Below, one piece after another: positions 58,007 through 64,000 of a stretch of 64,000 nt of DNA (position 1 is its first letter; each line of letters opens with the position of its first letter). Source of the DNA: the human T2T-CHM13v2.0 reference genome, Homo sapiens; NCBI RefSeq assembly GCF_009914755.1, contig NC_060929.1; one strand, given 5' to 3'. The notes beneath the pieces were generated by a model. That model was given only the letters and a program-made list of their open reading frames with translations, did not search any database and was not told where the DNA came from. The position numbers were made by a program, and so were the translations under genes.

Positions 58007-60092
58007 GTAAATTCATAATTTCTTACAAATGTTTACCACTTTCTGGCTTAATAGTTTTTGGTTTTATGGTTCTGGTTTTTAGTTAGCGTATATTTTGAGG
58101 CAATCAATTTATTAATTAAAAAACTCCTAAAAAATGGATTTTCTTTCATGACTGTGTTATGCTCAGTGCCAATAGCTAACACAGTGCTTAGTACATTGAC
58201 TGCTGAATAAATTATTATAACAATATTTCTCACAGATATAAGGTATAGCATGATAAATATATAGCTTATAAAACATTTTCTTATCTCTATAAAATTTTCA
58301 GATTATATCCTTTCTTGATTAACCTTTCATTTAACTACCTTGTTTTCATTAATCCCTGATCCTATTTTTATATGAAAGAAGAAACTTTATTATTATTGGA
58401 AGATCAAGGTTTCTACTGTAAATTGTTTATTAGATAACTGTCATTTTGCTGGTGAAACAGCCTTGTTTTAGCACTATTGATTTATGCTAAAGTAAATGGG
58501 AAGGGTGTTCAGTGACCTTAAACCAGGGCATTTAATTGGTGGCTACCTAATAATTATAAAGAAATGCATTATGTTTTATTGGTATTTCTTTAAACAGCAA
58601 GGTATCTGTTTTTAATAACCAAATATTTGTTGGTCATTTCCTAGTTGACCCAGGCACACAGTGGTTATTTTTTGTAATATAACCTTTAACTGTCAGAATC
58701 AAGATATTTAGTACCTCCTCTTGCCAATTATAGGATAAAACAATAATTTCAAAGAGTAATTCATTATTTCAACTAAATATATTTTATTAAAATTATTTAA
58801 AAATAAATGGAATGAATGTAAAAAGAATTTATAGTTGCTAGTAAAGTTGAGACTTTTTGTTAAGCATAGACTAAAGTCTTAGTTGTCTAAATTTCTTTAG
58901 TAAGTAGAGACATAAGGTGTATACAGCTTATTCCTTAGAACGAGATAATAAGTTTTTTTATTTTAGTAATACTAATGTTCTCTGTAACACGGCAGAAGCC
59001 TTAGGAGCTTTCAGATTGCCAGGTCATAGTTAGGATGAAAGGATAATGACACTGAAAGAAATATTTCTTATAAAATTACAAAATGTTTTCTTTGTCTTAA
59101 AATAAGTTATGTTTTGATGCATTTGGGGTTATATGCCTGTTCCTTAAATATTGTGTTCCTAGTAAACTCTGGCATTAGTAAATCTATTTGGCTTTAGGCA
59201 TAGTTCTCTCATCTATTAACTTTTCTTTCTTTTTATATTTTGGTGGAGGAAGATCTTTGTTTTTGCTGGTTATAAGAATAATATATGCTGATATAAGTGA
59301 TTTGTGCCCCATCTCTGGGTGCTCTTATGCTGGGTGCAGTGAGGCAGGGCTGGAACCATAATAGGTCAGAAGAAAAGATGTTCCCTTTAGTTTATCTCCT
59401 TCCTTCACTGTCTTTGCCTTAGCAAACAATAATTGATAATTTTGCCTTTCTAATGCCAGAAGAAGAAAGTTAGGAAATATAGTATATTAATGAAAGAGAA
59501 AAATATTTTTAAGCTTTCATATTGAGGAGTTTTAACTACAGGTAAACATAAATGGAATTTCGGGGGCTATTAGTAAAATGATTGCTTTTTGATATTTCTT
59601 TTTAAATAGTTTTTATTTAAATAGTATAGGGTTTATCTTCCTATTACTTCTTTACAGTTCTTTTTTTATCAAATATTGACTTCCTATTTCTGTAGGTTGG
59701 TAAATTAGGAATACTTCTGATTGGCAGATTCTTATTTGTTTTTATGCTTATTATCCATTTTATAGGTTAGGGCTTCTTAGATTTTAGGTTTTAAAATCTC
59801 TATTTTACTTGTTAGCTGCAAATTATTTTAGTTACTGATCTGTCAGTAAAAATAGATGAACAATGAAGGAATGATAGTGGCCTTTAAAATGGAAGAATTT
59901 GATTGTTTTATTTAGCAGGTACTGAAAGTAAAATAATTGCCCTTTTCAGTTTTTAAATTGGAAGCCTTAGAGGTGTGGCTGTGAGTCTTTGTCATATTCT
60001 TCATGAGTCTTCTTTAATGTTGTAAGGGTTGGCTTTTTTTTTAGTTATAAACACAGTTCCTGTTTGAGTAACAAATTATCTCTCTAAATAAA

Positions 60093-60311
60093 CCATGCAT
60101 TCTCGATGGGGGAGATATTTTTTCCAAGAGAGTGAAAATTGGTTTTTGGGGATTTGAAGAAAATCTTACTCTTTTTAATATATAAAGCACAGATATAGTA
60201 CGTAACAGGTAAACAGTTTGTGTGTGGCATTAAAATTGTATGTGGGTGATTAGTAAATGTCTAAAAAGAGTCCTTAGGGAGGTGATAATGTAAAAAAGAT
60301 TGAGAAATACT
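60093..60311. mobile_element. MER112-like hAT-Charlie element
   Basis: ttctcgatgggggagatat...gtgaaaattggtt...aaatgtctaaaaag...gataatgtaaaaaagattgagaaatact. Confidence 0.75.
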
Positions 60312-61044
60312 AACTTAAACCCATAGAATATAAATAATACACGTAAATTTGATCATGCTGTTGGCAATATTAGTTATAGCAATAAACCTAACATAACTTT
60401 GTAAGTATTTAAAAAGTAGTCCAAGATCTGTTTAAAGTGACATTAGTACATGTTGATATGCCTAATTTAGTTCACACAGTTATGTGAGCTATATCATGTG
60501 TGGATTCGTAGTTTTTGTGTAGAAAACAGATACTTCAGAATATCAACTAAGATATAAAAAGAAAAGCCCTCCCATAACGCATTGCCATTGGCTTGTTTAA
60601 TGGTTCTCCCTGGATGACCTCCCAGCACCAATAATTTAAGTTCCTCTGATTTTCTCCATACATGCTTTCCTTTTGGATGCCAGTCTTGATTAAAAGTATT
60701 GTTATCTTTTTAGTTATCTAGGTTCTGAAATCCCAGAACCTACTTTGACCTCTACCTTTTATTATTCCTTAAATTTCATCACTTGGAGAGTCTTTTTTTT
60801 CTCATCTGTGAAATGCATCTTCTCTTTTCCTGTTACTTTTTGGTTCTAAGCCATACTTCGTGCCTGAATTACTTCAACAGCTTCTTACCCTTTTGTCTTC
60901 AATTTCCTATGCCCCTTATTTATTACATGAAGTTATCAGAGGAATCTAGCCAAAAACAGAGCTCTGAGAAAGTCACTTCTAAATTCAGCATTCTCTAGGT
61001 ACTTCTTCTTACCTATTGAGGAAAGTCTGACCTGATGGTCAAAT

Positions 61045-61770
61045 GTTTTAGTAGACTATTGCCTAACAAACTAATCTAAAACTTAATGTCTTAAATACAA
61101 TTTATTATATTTCCCACGTTTTTGTAGAACTGCTGGTCAGTTCTTGCTTGGGGTCTCTCATACCATTGCAGGCAATTGGAGATTGGGACTGGAGTTCCCC
61201 AAAGATTTGACTGGGCTCAGTGTGCAGGAGGGCTCATATACATTGCTGAAAGTTAGTGCTCCCTGTTGGCTGAGGGTTCAGTTGGAGCTGTTAGCTGCCA
61301 GTACTTACACATGGCCTCTCCATATGACTTGGGCTTCTCTAACCATAGTGGCTGGTTCCAAGGGGGAGTGTTTTAAGATTGAAAGTCTCAAAAGTGAGTT
61401 TTCTGGGTAGAAACAGCAAGACTTCTTAAGACCTAGCTTTGGAAGTCCTAGAAGGCCATTTTCATTACATTCTATTGGTCAAGGAAGTCATTAAGGTTAG
61501 CCAAGATTCAAGGGGAGGGAATTACTCTCCATTTCCTGATGTAAGGAGCATGTATAGGAAGCAGTGGGAATGATGGTAGTCATCTTCGGAGACTAGCTAT
61601 CACAGTTCACCTATAGGCTACCTCAGTTCACATACCTTTCATGTACGGAGTAACCTCACCCACCTCCCAAGATGTCCAAAGTCTCATCCCATTATGCTAT
61701 TAGCCCCAAATTTCTACCTAGATCAGGCCAAAATGGGTCACTCATATGGCTGGCAGTTAATGCTGGCTTG
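61045..61770 (-). mobile_element. MLT1G/H-like MaLR LTR with adjoining internal fragment, inside an L2
   Basis: acttacacatggcctctccatatgacttgggcttc; cattctattggtcaaggaagtca; agattcaaggggaggga. Confidence 0.75.
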
Positions 61771-64000
61771 TTTCTTCCAGTATAATTATTTAAAGTTAAT
61801 CACAGTAGATTGTAAACTCCTTGAGAGTAGGAATTATTTCTTTATTTCTAGCATCATGCCTGTGGTATTATATGCAACATAGCAAGAGTAATTACAGATT
61901 CATTGAAATACATTTAAATATTGACTGAAGAGAATATTAAGCTTCAGACACCAGATATGCATAGAAGAACGTGGTTCACATTCTATGTGAAAATGTGGTA
62001 TCCTGGTATATATTCTCCTCAGGTGGTTCTTTGGTCTCATATTTGGAGGTTGGGTGCCAGAGTGCTTCTAAGTAAACTTTAAGACCATTACAAATAAAGA
62101 TAAACCATAATTCAATAAAGCTTGGAATTTGTATAACTGTCCATTTAAGATTTTAGTTTTATACCATGAGACCTGAAAAATTTCAGATTGCATCTCAGCA
62201 TCATTGCATTCTTACAGAGTTAACTTCGTTAAGATTGGATATTGGGTGAATGTTCAGAATGGATGGATATAAAAGATAGTTCCAAATAGCTGAATGAATT
62301 GGCTTTATCAGATTGGTTTTTATATGTAAGACTTATTGTTATGATCAACATAGCCTGATTCTACATTTTGTATTTTTAATATTGTTATTGTAAACAATTC
62401 TTCTGGCACTAATTATCTATTAGTTTAATGGGATTCAAGGCTAGCTTTTTTCTTTTCTTATGTTATCAATATATTTTTATACCAAGTAAGAATGTGTCTT
62501 AGAAAATATCTAATATCTCTACCAGTTGTTTACACATAAGTTTTAAATGAAGAAGCCAAACTCGCAACCTTATTTTTATTGTTTGGAAATGGAATTTCTA
62601 GGAAAATAGAATTCTGACCGCTCAGATTGTGGCAGCATTATTTGATAGAGGCATTTGGAGCTTAACGGCGGAAGTGAGATTCCATGACTTGAACCAAGGC
62701 GGCTCTAGTCTGAGAAGTGAGTCTGGTGAAAGAGCTGTTAGTGTACAGAGGGAGCGCACTTTGTGCTCAACTGTGGAGGAGATGGAAGTGTTAGCTGCGA
62801 TAATTAGTCCAGGAACTGTCCTTAATAGCTCATGGATTATGATGGTTTAAGCTTAAACCTTGACACGTACTAGAAAACTAGTATATAGAAATGTCTTTCC
62901 ATTAGTTAACAGAAAAATGAGTGTAAAAAGTCAGTAAGATTAAAGGTTTTCTTTCTTGAAACTGGTCGGCTATATTTTTTAATTATCCTAAAGAATTCAA
63001 GGCAATAATAGAATACAGGATTTGACATCCTGGACCCTCTCCAGCTTCTGTTATTTTGAGAAAAGCTGAGATATTTTTACCTTTTAAATAAAGCTGTTTT
63101 GAACTTTTCTTTTGGTGAGGGAATTAGTAACTGATGGTCCTAGAGACTCTTAAACACATAAAAACTAAGCTATTCTGTATTCCAGTCTAGTTTAGTTGTA
63201 TCTAGGCATTAATAGTACAGTGTATTTATGAATTTTATTGGATTTGAAGGATGAGTTTATAAACTGTCCTCTAGGATGCTTTTCTGTTTAAATATATATT
63301 GCTTGTAAAAGGTATTTGTATGTTTTCACCTATGTTCTGTCTCTGTTATGTGTTAACTCTGATTTTTTTCAAGGTATAGGTTGGCTAGTTCCCTGATTAT
63401 CCAGAAGCACTTTTCATCTTGTCTGTAGTCTACTGGAGTGTTTTCAGAAAGGATGCTTTATCCAAAAGACTGAATGGAATATGTTATATTATGTAAATAA
63501 CCAAAAGTTTCTTAAGGAATTCAAGGTACCTGCAAGATGCTACGTTAGTTAATTTTATGTTAAAAATTATTTGCATTGACTAGTGGTTGGTACTAGTGTT
63601 GGAGCAGTCATGGCTTGGTAGCAATACAAAATAATCTTATTTGGTGTTTGCCATTCCAATTCAGTCATCACAGGATTACATTTTGCCTAATTTTTCAAGA
63701 AAATATAAAGGTCTCTTGGGGAGGAAATGAGGAGAAAAGGCTCCACCTTTGTTCCAGTCCCTCCCACCCTTAGCATTTCTATGTATTTTATGACATCAGG
63801 AATGATGAGTATTAATTCCTGACATACTGTTTCAACCTCACATTGACTGAAATTAAATAACATCTATTATATTAAAAAAATAGTTGACACTTCCAGTTTA
63901 CGTGATGGCTGACTAGAGACCATGAGACTGACTCTTAGTTTCCCATTAAAGCTCATATGAAAATGTAGAAGATGATGAACAGTTGTAGGAATACCAAAAC

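Overview
AT-rich primate (most likely human) genomic DNA from inside one large gene on the + strand. Eight GT-AG exons (23824-58006) splice into an uninterrupted 1236-nt frame encoding the GH38 catalytic core of Golgi alpha-mannosidase II, MAN2A1 (probably exons 5-12; numbering recalled from the reference cDNA). The rest is intron, dense in retroelements: mostly antisense L1s and Alus, plus L2, MIR, MER68, MER31, MLT1 LTRs and small DNA transposons (MADE1/2, MER3, MER112). I see no convincing new multi-gene system, and nearly all other ORFs in the track are repeat-derived or chance. The best leads are: (i) a 71-nt candidate poison exon in intron 5; (ii) a ~615-bp poly(A)-tailed, TSD-flanked unidentified insertion inside an old L1; (iii) an L1PA that keeps its 5' terminus but lacks most of the 5'UTR and ORF1; (iv) further rearranged L1s (inversions, an internal deletion); (v) tandem hairpins upstream of exon 7; (vi) inverted-Alu geometry around stop-free in-frame exon blocks. 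Repeat subfamily calls and old-repeat boundaries are by-eye approximations.
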